A stretch of 64,000 nt of DNA from an uncultured Succinatimonas sp. (GCA_900317105.1 ONFP01000005.1:286-64285); one strand, 5' to 3'. Counted from the stretch's first letter, positions 51,238 through 62,050 are shown. Numbers and translations: made by a program. The notes: generated from the sequence alone by a model not told the origin.

Positions 51238-52977
51238 TTAGATGAAGGCAGAAGATACAATAATCAGCATTACCTGAGGAGATAGAATTCTCAGGAACAT
51301 AACAAATGGATATACAGTAGCGTAACCTATTGATGAAGCTTCGGCATCCTTGTACATACCATTTGCGTAAGCAAGTGCTGGAGGATCTGTATATGAACCT
51401 GCTAATACACCGCATAGAACCAGATAATTAACTTTGAATACTTTTGCTCCAACGAATCCGACAATCAGCAGAGGAATGATGGAAATCAGAGTAGCCCAGG
51501 CCATCCAGTGAAGACCTAGACCATTGGTTAAAGTCTCCCAGAATCCATTTGCACCGGCTCTTATACCAACAATTGTCAGGAATAGGGTAATACCGATTTC
51601 CTTGAATGCAGATAGAGCTGAAATAGGAAGTCTCCAGTGCATTACGTTTTTGGTCCAGAAATCACCAAATCTTGCAAGCATAATTGCACAAACCAGAGTT
51701 CCACCGATTACACCTAGCTTCATAGGAGCAGGGACACCTGGAATAGGAATTGGCACAGAACCTAGAAGCATACCCAGGAACAGACCGATGAAAATAGGCA
51801 TCATTGGTACGTGGTTCATGGTGGTTGATGAGTTACCTACAACTTTACCAGCCTTACGGATGTTCTCCATGGTACCAACAACATTGATTTCGTCACCTAA
51901 AGCCAGACGTAAATCAGGAGTTGGCATGAACTGAATACCAGATCTGAATACACGTGAAATTACTAAGCCGAACTGATTTTCAAGATCAAGTTCTGCAAGT
52001 GTTCTACCCATTACATGGTTGTTGGTAATAATCAGATGACGAACTGATATTGTTGAACCGTGAGTGGTTAAAACATCCTTTGTCTCAGTTCCGATTGCCT
52101 GTGAAGCCTTTTGAACATACTTGGCACCGCCGACCAGATGAACAATGTCACCCTTCTTTAAAATCAGATCTTTTGTTGGAACTGACAGCTCTCCATCTCT
52201 CTTGATACGTGAGCAGATTACAGTACCGTCTGAAACACATGGAATATCGCTAATGGTTTTTCCAAAGTAATCTGAGTTTTCAATTTCAACGTTTGAAACG
52301 ATTGGAGTGTCAACTCCACGACCTTTGCTTTCAGCGTAAGCGCTTCCTTCACCTTCGATGCTGATGTGGAAAATTGCTCTAATAAGGATCATGGTGATCA
52401 GAATGGAGCTAACACCGAATGGATATGCTACTGCGTAAGCCTGAGGAACAGTCTTGGTGTCAAAACCTAAAGCAAGTGCATCTCTTCCTGAAGCCTGAAT
52501 CTGGGCGGACAGATCATTAACCATGGCAATTGCAGCTGATAGAGCTGGTGTATTAGTGATACCACCTGAATACATACCAACCATAGCATCTGGAGTTACG
52601 ATACCGCAGTAGAATAATGTTAATGAAATTGCGCAACCAAGAACAATAATTGAAACTGCAAGGGTGATTAACTTCAGACCACTGCCTCTTAGGGCTGCAA
52701 AGAAGCTAGGACCAACCTGAATACCGATTGCATATACGAACAGCATCAATCCGAATTCCTGAAGGAAGTGAAGAATGGTTTCTTCAGAAGTTGCAGCTCC
52801 GGTTGCTGAAATTAAATCAAATCCGAAATAAGCGTGTGCCATATGACCGACAAAAATACCAGAGAACAGCACGCCACCAATTCCGACACCGACACCTTTA
52901 TATTTAAGCTGGCCAAGGGCTATACCTAAAACAGCGCCGACTGAAACGTAAATAATTAACAGGGCAAGAGATGACAT
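51238..52977 (-). CDS. YidE/YbjL (AspT-like) transporter with two TrkA-C domains
   Basis: EFGLMLFVYAIG..VGP.FF, G.ITNTPAL, YAVAYPFG, CG.LAGS.TDPPAL, YATVYP. Confidence 0.9.
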   Translation of the reverse strand: MSSLALLIIYVSVGAVLGIALGQLKYKGVGVGIGGVLFSGIFVGHMAHAYFGFDLISATGAATSEETILHFLQEFGLMLFVYAIGIQVGPSFFAALRGSGLKLITLAVSIIVLGCAISLTLFYCGIVTPDAMVGMYSGGITNTPALSAAIAMVNDLSAQIQASGRDALALGFDTKTVPQAYAVAYPFGVSSILITMILIRAIFHISIEGEGSAYAESKGRGVDTPIVSNVEIENSDYFGKTISDIPCVSDGTVICSRIKRDGELSVPTKDLILKKGDIVHLVGGAKYVQKASQAIGTETKDVLTTHGSTISVRHLIITNNHVMGRTLAELDLENQFGLVISRVFRSGIQFMPTPDLRLALGDEINVVGTMENIRKAGKVVGNSSTTMNHVPMMPIFIGLFLGMLLGSVPIPIPGVPAPMKLGVIGGTLVCAIMLARFGDFWTKNVMHWRLPISALSAFKEIGITLFLTIVGIRAGANGFWETLTNGLGLHWMAWATLISIIPLLIVGFVGAKVFKVNYLVLCGVLAGSYTDPPALAYANGMYKDAEASSIGYATVYPFVMFLRILSPQVMLIIVSSAFI

Positions 52978-53319
52978 TTATAAATCCTAATTGGATAAAC
53001 TGACATATTATCACTTTGCTTTAAAGTGAAGCTTCTTGTTTAACGGATCTTTCGATCCTGTTTCATGCGGACTAACTATCGTATATCTAACGGATTAGTT
53101 GGCACAAAACAACAAAGATACCTTTCGTAATCTCAATGTTTTTCTTTAATCTTCAAAAAAAAACAAGAAAAACATTGTAATTATGAGAGGTAAAATAAAA
53201 TTGACAATTATATTAGCCAATTTTATTCCGCGTGTATTGTATCACAGTAGATTTGAGAATTTTTAACCATTTCACATTTTTTCTGAAATGTATTTTTTTG
53301 GTTACTTTGGTAGGAATTT

Positions 53320-56300
53320 CTAGAGCAGATCTATTGATATGTAAATGCAGTTTTCCTCTGGAGCATAGTCCAATAGAGGCTCGTCAAAAACTTCATAGCT
53401 CCAGTCATTGATTTCTTCAATAGCCGCATCAGATGACATGAATTTAAGACTCATGCAGAGACCTTTGAATTCATTGATATCAATAACATCTGTTTCAAGA
53501 CTCTTGATTGCTTCAATAAGTTTTCTTGCATTCTCTGAAGAATAATTTCTCTCATTGTTTGTTTCATCAGAAATTTCAGTTTTGGGGTCTTCTGTAATTG
53601 GTTGAACTTCAGCTTCAAGTGTTCCTTCATCAATACGGATCTGATTTATTACATCCTGAATCTGGGCACTTTCCCTGAGTTTAGAATCGATCAGAGATGA
53701 ATCAAGATTCTTTGTATCAAATGTATTGGCCTTAAAGAAACTGTGTTCTGAACTTCTATAAAGAGAGGATTGCATTTCCTTGTGAACTGTATGCTTCTTA
53801 TCTGTATTTTCCTCATTATCAGATTTGATCTCCTTTACAGATGACTTTACATTCATCAGAGCAAAAATCAGGCTGAATTTCTCGGACAGATAATTCTTTA
53901 GAGGAGATGTTCTGATCTCGTCCATAACAATCTTTTTCAGATAGTTAATGCAGAGTTTAAAATTAGGATTGTTTTTCTGCTCTGCATAAAGATTACTGTA
54001 GTAATTCTTTTCAAAAGGTTTTGTTCCGTGCATCAGAAGTCTTAGATTATTGAAGAATTTGATGGCAAAAACATTCTGCTTCGGAGTCAGTTCCATATAT
54101 CTGGACAGTCTGATTTCAACTGTATTAACCGGTACCACGTAATTGAATATGATAAATGCCATCTGAGCTGCACAGAGTTTATCCATAAAGTCCTCTGTCA
54201 TCTCATCTGCAGGCAGTGATGTTGTAATAATCTTGTGCTGCTTTAGTTTTGCTCTGGCTTCCTTTGGCAGAGACATATCAATAGGCACAACCATAAGACC
54301 AAGCTTTGGCAGATGATCTTCAATACATTCTGTAGCTAGGAAAGAGTACTCAATTTTAAATATATCGCAAAGCTGAGAATATTTATTGAAGATAACCTCG
54401 TTAAGATTTCTCTTGATACTCTGTGCTTCAAGTCTTCCGAGTTCCCCTGTGATTAGTCTTGCCAGAGTATGATCTGATTGTGTCTTTACAGTTGAGAGAT
54501 ATCGGATGATATTGTCTGCAACAGAAAATTCCTGTCTGATTTCATCGAGAATTGAATCATCTGGCTGTTTTTCAAAGCCTGTAATAATATTTATAGAGTT
54601 ATCTCCACAGATTGGTGCCATCAAATTTGCAAATACAGGGTGATGAATCAGAGTCTGTAGATTCTTGTGAGCGTGAGTGTTCATCTGTCTTAATGATTCA
54701 TCAAATATCAGATAATTGTTGAAGTCTTTTTCCTGCTCACTGTACCTGGCGACGGAGGCTCTAATCTCATCAAGATTTAGGCCATTAAAAATTCTATTTA
54801 AAAAATCTTCACTGATGAATGGTCTGATTTTTCCGATTATTACTTTTATAAAATAATCTGTTGTACCCTTGAGATCATGTAGCCATTTGTATTTATTATC
54901 ATTGGTACTGCCGGTTGCAAGATGATATACGTAAAGCTCGAAAAGCTCCCGGTTTTCCGAATATAAATCAGCAATACTGTCTTTTCCTTTTGAACATAAA
55001 AGAGAGAATAGAGACAGTTTAGCAAGCTCAGGGTAATAAAACAGAGCAATAAGAATAGAGCTTTTATCTCTGATTTTATCGACAGCTCTATCTGTTGCTT
55101 CAAATAGTGCGAAGTAAAGTCCCCTTAAAAACAGCAGCTCTATTATCTGTGTACTCTGATATTCTTCATTAAGCTTATCAATCGCATCTTCCAGATCCTT
55201 ACTGTCGTACGAAATAAACAGTGGTTTTAGGATAAGCCTTATGTAGAAATTGAATAGAAGAATCTGAATAACGGTTTTCTCTTCTGAATTTATTCTGCTG
55301 TTCTTCTGAGAGCTTCCACTACTGTTTGTTATAAAGGATAAGAACTCCCCAAAATTTTCACATTTGTATGGCTCAAGTATTTTATCCTGAGTGTAGTAAA
55401 TGTTTGGAAAGACTATAGAGGTCTGTTTGTCTGCTGTAGTATAGATGAAATTGGCTGCCCTATGTTCAGAAAGGCTGATTTCCTGAAGACATAGAAATTC
55501 CTTTTGAGGAATAAGCTTTTCAATATGAGGGGTTACATGTGAACTTATATAGTTATAAAGATTCTTGACCAGCTCATTTTTTAAAACAGGGGAGCCTTCT
55601 GTAATTAAACTGCACAGAGAAACTTTTTCACTGTCATGAGCAACAAAGGAATTAATATAGTTGTAGCAGTTGTTCTTCAGATCAAGAAACATTCTTTCGA
55701 CAAAGCCGGCAGTAATTTCCTCTCTTACAAATTCAGAGTTTATCCTCTTTAATTGTTTTATCTGCAGATCATTTTTATCTGGTCTGTTAGCAACAAGCTG
55801 CCGGTACGCATTTTCAAGATCATTTATATAAGGATAATCAAGATTAAATGGTTCTTTGTATGTTGATGCTGCAGAAATTGCTGCCAGATACTGACTTACC
55901 TTGAGTTGGTTGTCCTTATCAAGAGGTTTAAAACAGAAAGCGGCATTCTTGTAATCACAGTGGCGGTTTCGGTATTCGCTTGAATAGGTATAACAGGTTC
56001 TGATATAGGCAAGTCCTTCTTTAGGAAGTTCCATCTTGCTTATAATGTTGTTAAGGGCTACTCTCTGATGAGGATCAAGCTTGGCTGAACTGACCACAAA
56101 AAGACCTTCAAAAACTCTCAGCATGATGTTGTAGTTTGAAAGCTTAACATTCATCATGTTGATATGTTTCAGGTCTTTGACTGTTGGTGTTTTTTTTGCT
56201 GCCACCAGCGCTTTAACTGCCGCACAGTCTTCATCGTTGTTAAGATCCGGCTTTGTTGTTATGAAAATCTTGTCATAGAATGACAGATCAACCGGAACGG

Positions 56301-56544
56301 AACAAGGAACCAGTTTTAGATTAATTCTTTCAAGATATGAGTTGATATCTATATATATCTGTTGAGCCGATTTATCGAATTCAGTATGGTTATATTCGAG
56401 TTTCAGAGTGCTGCAAAGCTCTGATAGCGACATGCAGATAAAACGGTGGGATGATGCCTCTGTATACAAGTCTCTTATTGTCTCTAAGAGATCTGAAGGC
56501 AGATCTCCGATTCTCTGTTTATAGTATGCAGCATCTTTTTTCAT
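53320..56544 (-). CDS. 1074-aa protein with a C-terminal TerB-C domain and duplicated TerB-like module (Shango SngA-like)
   Basis: C-terminus LDSSLI..KLRES..IQDVI.. and EF..LC..L.FM..AAIEEINDW.YE.FDEPLLD. Internal repeat at about aa 43 and aa 725. Confidence 0.6.
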   Translation of the reverse strand: MKKDAAYYKQRIGDLPSDLLETIRDLYTEASSHRFICMSLSELCSTLKLEYNHTEFDKSAQQIYIDINSYLERINLKLVPCSVPVDLSFYDKIFITTKPDLNNDEDCAAVKALVAAKKTPTVKDLKHINMMNVKLSNYNIMLRVFEGLFVVSSAKLDPHQRVALNNIISKMELPKEGLAYIRTCYTYSSEYRNRHCDYKNAAFCFKPLDKDNQLKVSQYLAAISAASTYKEPFNLDYPYINDLENAYRQLVANRPDKNDLQIKQLKRINSEFVREEITAGFVERMFLDLKNNCYNYINSFVAHDSEKVSLCSLITEGSPVLKNELVKNLYNYISSHVTPHIEKLIPQKEFLCLQEISLSEHRAANFIYTTADKQTSIVFPNIYYTQDKILEPYKCENFGEFLSFITNSSGSSQKNSRINSEEKTVIQILLFNFYIRLILKPLFISYDSKDLEDAIDKLNEEYQSTQIIELLFLRGLYFALFEATDRAVDKIRDKSSILIALFYYPELAKLSLFSLLCSKGKDSIADLYSENRELFELYVYHLATGSTNDNKYKWLHDLKGTTDYFIKVIIGKIRPFISEDFLNRIFNGLNLDEIRASVARYSEQEKDFNNYLIFDESLRQMNTHAHKNLQTLIHHPVFANLMAPICGDNSINIITGFEKQPDDSILDEIRQEFSVADNIIRYLSTVKTQSDHTLARLITGELGRLEAQSIKRNLNEVIFNKYSQLCDIFKIEYSFLATECIEDHLPKLGLMVVPIDMSLPKEARAKLKQHKIITTSLPADEMTEDFMDKLCAAQMAFIIFNYVVPVNTVEIRLSRYMELTPKQNVFAIKFFNNLRLLMHGTKPFEKNYYSNLYAEQKNNPNFKLCINYLKKIVMDEIRTSPLKNYLSEKFSLIFALMNVKSSVKEIKSDNEENTDKKHTVHKEMQSSLYRSSEHSFFKANTFDTKNLDSSLIDSKLRESAQIQDVINQIRIDEGTLEAEVQPITEDPKTEISDETNNERNYSSENARKLIEAIKSLETDVIDINEFKGLCMSLKFMSSDAAIEEINDWSYEVFDEPLLDYAPEENCIYISIDLL

Positions 56545-56609
56545 TACGAACGAAATCTATCCTTTATTATTTGCACAAAGAGGTCAGCTTCATAAGTTTA
56601 CCACTTAAT

Positions 56610-57674
56610 TTAGGAAGTGAGGCAGGCCGGGTCAAATTTATATACTCCATTGATAAAATCAATGAGTTCCCTGGATGCTGCGTTTTTCTGCTTTTTACAG
56701 ATGTTCAAAAGCTCTTTTTTTTGAGGGTCATTAAGACAGTCTATGCCCTCGTCATTTAATTTATCGAGATAATCTATCAGCTTTGAACTATCAGATTTAA
56801 AAAGATTTTTTATCTCTTTAAGTCTATGTTCCCTGATTTCTGTTTCAGATTTCTCCTGATAGCATAATGGCAGAGTGGAAAGAGAGATTTTGGTAAGATT
56901 TGCCTCCAGCATTGGATTTACTGCGTGGGATAGAACTACACCGTCAAGTTTTTCTCTGGAGCAAAATTCTCGGGTGTAGATTTTTTTGCTGATAAATTTG
57001 CCATCATTTACAGGATAGTTGTCCCAAATGGTAACTTTTCTTTTGAATCTTTTATTGATATTTTCTATGTCTTCTCTGGTAATTGATTTTGACAGGACCT
57101 TGTTTCCTGTCCAGAATATTTCAATGTCATGAGGCAGATTATCTGTTATCTGTTCAAAATAATCTGAAGGTCTTTCTCCGAATACCTTGTCTAGAATCGG
57201 ATCAAAACTGTAGTAGGTAGGACAGAAAATAAGTCTTTTTCCCGTTCCTTTTAGGCGATTGAAAATATCCTTTACAATCTGCTTTTGTTTTATTCCCTCA
57301 TCTTTTGTATAAAGTTTTATGTCATCAAATAGAATTGCAATGATATCGGCATTAAATTCGTTTATTGCTGTATCAATTTTCTTATATAAAAAGGGAATCT
57401 CTCTTTTAGGCTCTTCTGTTATTCCTAATGGAGAAATACCAATACCGAACTGCATACTATGAGCATGACAGAATAAAGCGAAATTCTTAAGCTTCGCTAT
57501 TTGCGTATCTGAGAATTCATCTTTCCATGCACGTCTTAATGAACGGTCATTTTTTGGAGCATAGATATAGTAGGAATAACCGTTTCTTGAGGCAAATGAA
57601 CATAGGGATTCACGCTGTCTTTTTGTATACAGTTTTCCGTAAAAACCTTCAATTATTCCCAATGTGGTTTCCAT
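56610..57674 (-). CDS. GH84 beta-N-acetylglucosaminidase (O-GlcNAcase/hyaluronidase-type catalytic domain)
   Basis: GIIEGFYG, YIYAPKND, catalytic LFDD, FCPTYY, FWTG, WDNYPVND. Confidence 0.9.
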   Translation of the reverse strand: METTLGIIEGFYGKLYTKRQRESLCSFASRNGYSYYIYAPKNDRSLRRAWKDEFSDTQIAKLKNFALFCHAHSMQFGIGISPLGITEEPKREIPFLYKKIDTAINEFNADIIAILFDDIKLYTKDEGIKQKQIVKDIFNRLKGTGKRLIFCPTYYSFDPILDKVFGERPSDYFEQITDNLPHDIEIFWTGNKVLSKSITREDIENINKRFKRKVTIWDNYPVNDGKFISKKIYTREFCSREKLDGVVLSHAVNPMLEANLTKISLSTLPLCYQEKSETEIREHRLKEIKNLFKSDSSKLIDYLDKLNDEGIDCLNDPQKKELLNICKKQKNAASRELIDFINGVYKFDPACLTS

Positions 57675-57781
57675 AATGACTCCTTAAATGTGTACTATTT
57701 GATCTTACACGTTTTTTCTAAGAAAAATACAGAGTCCGGCATATTTGTGTATAACCTTTTGACCGTTGCCACATTTGCACA

Positions 57782-57810
57782 TTGATTAGATGGCTTTTCG
57801 CTAGTATAAT
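57782..57810 (+). promoter_or_regulatory. tig promoter
   Basis: TTGATT-17-TATAAT. Confidence 0.7.
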
Positions 57811-57900
57811 ATCGTGGTTTATGTAGACGCACGGCACAGTTATATACTCCGATGCGTCAATTTTGTATGTTAATTACTGCAACCTAAATAGAGGAAAAAA

Positions 57901-59220
57901 ATGCAGGTTTCAACCGAGAAAAAAGAAGGTGTACAGCATCTTCTAACTGTTACTGTGCCAGCAGAAGACGTAAAAAAGGCATATGACGCAAGTTTCCGCA
58001 AATACGCTAAGAACGCAAAGGTAGATGGTTTCCGTAAGGGCCACATTCCAACTAAAGTTCTAGAGAGCCAGTTCGGCGGACAGATTTATTCAGACGCTTA
58101 TGATTCACTAATCAATAAGACCATTGGTAAGGCTATTGAAGAGTCAAAGCTAGAGGTAGTTGGCTATCCACGTGTTGAAGTAAAGAAAGCTTCATTCAAG
58201 AATGATGAGGAGTTCGTTTACGAGGCAACTGTTGAAGTTAACCCAGAGCTAGAATTAAAGCCTTTTGAAGAGTTAAAGTTAAAGAACATCAAGGCTGAAG
58301 TTACCGATGCAGACGTAGAGAAGATGATCGAGAACCTACGTAAGCAGCAGGGTAAATGGCAGGTAAAGGATGATGCTGTAGTTGGTCAGGGTACCCGTGC
58401 ATCAATCGACTTCCTAGGCCGTTCAGAGGGTGTTGAGTTTGAAGGCGGTAAGGCTGAGAACTTCACTCTGACCGTTGGTGAGACTCAGATGATTCCTGGT
58501 TTTACCGAGCAGATCGAAGGCCACAAGGCTGGTGACAAGTTCACCATCCAGGTTAAGTTCCCAGAGGAATACCATGCTGAGAACCTAAAGGGTAAGGACG
58601 CTGAGTTCGATATTACTGTAAATTCAGTTTCAGAGCTTGTTCTTCCAGAGGTTAACGAGGATTTCGTAAAGATCTTCGGTGTTAAGGATGGTTCAATCGA
58701 TACCTTCAAGGCTGACCTGCGTAAGAATATGGATCGTGAATTATCACGTTCTGTTTATGTAAAGACCCGTCAGAACCTGTTTGATGCTCTGATTGCTCAG
58801 TATGGCGAGTTCGCTGTTCCTCAGGCATACATCGATGCAGAGGTTGAGCGTTTAGCAAAGAACTTTGAGATGCAGATGAAGGCTTATGGTATGACCAAGC
58901 TTCCTGCAAGCTTCAAGAAGGAAGAGATGTTCAAGGATGAGTCTGTTAAGGCTGCACGTCTTGGCATTATCGTTCGTAAGATCATTCTAGACTTAGGCTG
59001 CACCAAGCCATCAGACTCTTATGTTGATGCTCAGCTGAACCAGATTGCAGGTGCTTACGAGGATCCTGCAGAGGTAATCGCTCAGCTACGTAAGGATAAG
59101 ACTCAGTTTGAGAACATCCAGAATGCTGCTATTGAGGCAGAAGTTGTAGCTAAGGTAATGGAAAAAGCTGCTGACGGCGACGAGACTATGTCATTTGACG
59201 AACTAGTTCGTGCTCGTTAA
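57901..59220 (+). CDS. tig: Trigger factor
   Basis: GFRKGHIP ribosome-binding motif, FKBP domain (IDF.G..FEGG..QMIPGF). Confidence 0.97.
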   Translation: MQVSTEKKEGVQHLLTVTVPAEDVKKAYDASFRKYAKNAKVDGFRKGHIPTKVLESQFGGQIYSDAYDSLINKTIGKAIEESKLEVVGYPRVEVKKASFKNDEEFVYEATVEVNPELELKPFEELKLKNIKAEVTDADVEKMIENLRKQQGKWQVKDDAVVGQGTRASIDFLGRSEGVEFEGGKAENFTLTVGETQMIPGFTEQIEGHKAGDKFTIQVKFPEEYHAENLKGKDAEFDITVNSVSELVLPEVNEDFVKIFGVKDGSIDTFKADLRKNMDRELSRSVYVKTRQNLFDALIAQYGEFAVPQAYIDAEVERLAKNFEMQMKAYGMTKLPASFKKEEMFKDESVKAARLGIIVRKIILDLGCTKPSDSYVDAQLNQIAGAYEDPAEVIAQLRKDKTQFENIQNAAIEAEVVAKVMEKAADGDETMSFDELVRAR

Positions 59221-59254
59221 TTTACAACAATAACTATAAGGAGCTTTGCTGCTA

Positions 59255-59899
59255 ATGTTTAACTTTGAAGATCAGACAAGACTGGCATCATCTCTGGTGC
59301 CAATGGTTATTGAACAGACTGCAAGGGGAGAAAGATCCTTTGATATATATTCACGTCTGTTAAAAGACCGAGTGATATTTTTGACTGGTGAAGTTGAAGA
59401 TCACATGGCTGATCTGATTGTGGCACAGCTCCTGTTTTTAGAATCAGAAGATCCTGACAAGGATATCTATCTGTACATCAATTCTCCTGGTGGCGTAGTT
59501 ACAGCAGGCTTAGCTATATACGACACCATGCAGTACATCAAGCCAGATGTCTGCACTTTATGCATGGGACAGGCCTGTTCCATGGGATCATTCTTATTGG
59601 CCGGCGGAGCTGCAGGTAAAAGATTTGCTCTGCCAAATTCTAGAATTATGATTCACCAGCCTTTAGGTGGATTCAAGGGTCAGGCAACCGACATTATGAT
59701 TCATGCCCAGGAGACCCAGCGTATCAAGGATACCTTAAACGGTATTCTTTCAAAGCATACAGGCAAGAGTTTAGAGGAAGTTGTTCAGAACACTGAAAGA
59801 GACAACTTCATGACTTCTCAGGAAGCTTTGGATTTTGGTTTGATTGATAGAGTAATTACAAACCGTTCTGAAATTACTGCTTCAGATAAGGAAGATTAA
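59255..59899 (+). CDS. clpP: ATP-dependent Clp protease proteolytic subunit
   Basis: [32 protein letters not shown] at 59255 (alternative TTG at 59246) follows AAGGAG. Confidence 0.97.
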   Translation: MFNFEDQTRLASSLVPMVIEQTARGERSFDIYSRLLKDRVIFLTGEVEDHMADLIVAQLLFLESEDPDKDIYLYINSPGGVVTAGLAIYDTMQYIKPDVCTLCMGQACSMGSFLLAGGAAGKRFALPNSRIMIHQPLGGFKGQATDIMIHAQETQRIKDTLNGILSKHTGKSLEEVVQNTERDNFMTSQEALDFGLIDRVITNRSEITASDKED

Positions 59900-59901
59900 T
59901 C

Positions 59902-61167
59902 ATGTCTGATACCCCAAAAAGTACTTGTTTATTCTGTGGACAGGGCTCATCTGAAACCAGAACTCTGATTAAGGCTCACGGAACCTGCATCTGTTCAGAC
60001 TGTATTACCAAATGCTACAAGATGCTTGAGCAGCGTGGCATGTCAAAAGGTTCTAAGGGGAGTTCTGGAATTGATCTTGATAACATTCCTACTCCACGTG
60101 ATATTGCTAAACATCTTGATGAGTACGTAATTGGTCAGGATGATGCCAAGAAGGTTTTATCTGTAGCTGTTTATAATCATTACCAGAGACTGCGTCATGC
60201 AAACAATGACTCTGGTGTAGAACTTGGCAAGTCAAACATTCTTTTGGTTGGACCTACCGGTTCGGGTAAGACTTTACTTGTTCAGACCCTAGCCAAATTC
60301 CTTAATGTTCCTTTTGCTATTTCTGATGCTACCACCTTAACTGAGGCCGGTTATGTTGGCGAAGACGTAGAGAACGTGATTGTACGTCTGCTTCAGAATT
60401 GCGATTTTGACGTTGAAAAGGCTCAGAAGGGTATTATCTATATCGACGAGATCGATAAGATTGCCCGCAAGAGTGAAAATCCTTCAATTACCCGTGATGT
60501 TTCCGGTGAAGGTGTTCAGCAGGCTCTGTTAAAGCTTGTTGAAGGTACTGTTGCATCTGTTCCACCTAACGGTGGCAGAAAGCATCCTCAGGAAAAGAAC
60601 ATCGAAGTAGATACCTCTCAGATTCTGTTTATCTGTGGCGGTGCTTTTGATGGTCTTGAGAAGGTTGTTGAAAAGAGAGTATCTAAGAAATCTGGCATTG
60701 GTTTTGGTGCCGAGGTTCTTGGTGAGAATGAGAAGATGTCTCTTTCCGACAAGTACAAGAATGTTGAGCCTGATGATCTGGTTAAATTCGGTATTATTCC
60801 AGAGTTCGTCGGAAGAATGCCGGTTATCACCGCTTTATCTGAATTAAGCCGTGATGAACTGATTCGCGTTTTAAGAGAACCAAAGAATGCCATCATCAGA
60901 CAGTTCGAGGAAATGTTCAAGTTTGAGAATGTTAAGCTTGAGTTTACCGAAGAGGCTTTAAATGCAATTGCAGATACTGCAATTAAACGTCATACCGGTG
61001 CACGTGGACTGCGTTCTGTTGTTGAAGGCCTTCTGTTGAATACAATGTTCGATATTCCTTCAGTTAAGGATGTTGAAAGAGTTGTTGTAGACAAGAATAC
61101 TGTTGAAAAACAGGAAGAACCTATCGTAATCAAAAAGGACGATTTTGAAATCGCCTCTAATTCTTAA
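59902..61167 (+). CDS. clpX: ATP-dependent Clp protease ATPase subunit
   Basis: C4 zinc-binding N-domain, [16 protein letters not shown] loop, TGARGLR. Confidence 0.97.
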   Translation: MSDTPKSTCLFCGQGSSETRTLIKAHGTCICSDCITKCYKMLEQRGMSKGSKGSSGIDLDNIPTPRDIAKHLDEYVIGQDDAKKVLSVAVYNHYQRLRHANNDSGVELGKSNILLVGPTGSGKTLLVQTLAKFLNVPFAISDATTLTEAGYVGEDVENVIVRLLQNCDFDVEKAQKGIIYIDEIDKIARKSENPSITRDVSGEGVQQALLKLVEGTVASVPPNGGRKHPQEKNIEVDTSQILFICGGAFDGLEKVVEKRVSKKSGIGFGAEVLGENEKMSLSDKYKNVEPDDLVKFGIIPEFVGRMPVITALSELSRDELIRVLREPKNAIIRQFEEMFKFENVKLEFTEEALNAIADTAIKRHTGARGLRSVVEGLLLNTMFDIPSVKDVERVVVDKNTVEKQEEPIVIKKDDFEIASNS

Positions 61168-61172
61168 TATTT

Positions 61173-61194
61173 AAGACCTCCTTCTGGAGGTCTT
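61173..61194. terminator. clpPX terminator
   Basis: AAGACCTCC-TTCT-GGAGGTCTT. Confidence 0.75.
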
Positions 61195-61288
61195 CTATTA
61201 AGTTTCGCCTGTATTCCCAATGTCGGGATATTCAAAATATTGGCAGGGAATAGCTATTTTAAATCTCGGCCAATTATTCAACTTTTAC

Positions 61289-61669
61289 TTATTTGTTGTT
61301 TTTGCGAATTTCTCTAATTTCTTCTACAGATATTTTTGTTAGTTTGTTGATGGTTTCGTCATCTATACCATTTTCTATCATATTCATGATGATATTGTAA
61401 CGCTCCTCAGCTCTTCCTTTAACATAGCCTTCTGCATAACCTTCTGCATAACCTTCAGCAAAAGCTTTAATCCAATCTTCAGACTTGTCTTCTGCCCAAC
61501 TTTCGGCCCATCTTTTTGTCCAACATTCAGCCCAACTTTTCGCCCAACTTCTTATCCATTCTTTGTCTTTTCCGACTTCTAATCCCTCTGTGTAAAAATC
61601 GGTATAAGTTGTCTCATTATTAATTCTGTTGGACGGAGCTAAATTTGCTTTTATTAATGATTCCTGCAT
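61289..61669 (-). CDS. Stand-alone C-terminal module of the Rpn / PD-(D/E)xK transposase family (RpnS-like)
   Basis: Tetrad repeats (WAES/YAEG..KGRAEE) followed by NIIMNMIENG.D.E.I..LT.IS.EEI. No nuclease domain. Confidence 0.7.
   Translation of the reverse strand: MQESLIKANLAPSNRINNETTYTDFYTEGLEVGKDKEWIRSWAKSWAECWTKRWAESWAEDKSEDWIKAFAEGYAEGYAEGYVKGRAEERYNIIMNMIENGIDDETINKLTKISVEEIREIRKNNK
61428..61463 (+). repeat. 12-bp tandem repeat encoding (Y/F)AEG
   Basis: CCTTCTGCATAA twice plus a variant third copy. Confidence 0.85.
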
Positions 61670-61728
61670 ACCATTCTTCCTGTATAAAAAAATATATCTA
61701 ATTTACATGTGGATAAGTCAACTTTTGC

Positions 61729-61887
61729 TTAATTGTTAATTTTGCGAATTTCTTTAATTTCTTCTATAGATTTATCTGTAATGTTGCTAATGGCTTCGTC
61801 ATCAAATCCTTTATTTATCATATTTAGGATAATATTGCTTTCTCCCTTAGCAATTCCATCTCTGTAATATCCTTCGGTATCTGATTT
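61729..61887 (-). pseudogene. Second Rpn-tail paralog, 5' end cut by the IS
   Basis: Translates KSDTEGYYRDGIAKGESNIILNMINKGFDDEAISNITDKSIEEIKEIRKINN*, clearly similar to the end of 61289-61669. Confidence 0.7.
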
Positions 61888-62050
61888 TTGACCTACTCCC
61901 CATGCTGAATAGCCAGGAGATTCAATACCGCCCGTTAACTATTTTTTGCTAATGTTAACTAGGCCTCTATGGCTTCTCGTTGCTGACTGCTATTACAGTT
62001 CACTTGGCGAGCGATCTGGGCAAGTCCAGCCCTTCTTATATTTTTAGCTG
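61888..62050 (-). ncRNA. Putative omegaRNA (reRNA) scaffold
   Basis: Expected from family biology to overlap the tnpB 3' end and right-end hairpin. The 5' boundary is approximate. Confidence 0.4.

Noticed and set aside
53030-53110. c-di-GMP-I or c-di-AMP riboswitch upstream of the YidE-like gene (GGAUC-GAAA-GAUCC hairpin)
   Set aside because: The flanking conserved nucleotides (GGCAAAC, GACGCAAAGC, tetraloop receptor; ydaO motifs) are absent.
61708-61716. Perfect DnaA boxes at 61708 and 40529
   Set aside because: Both are isolated; about this many are expected by chance in 64 kb.
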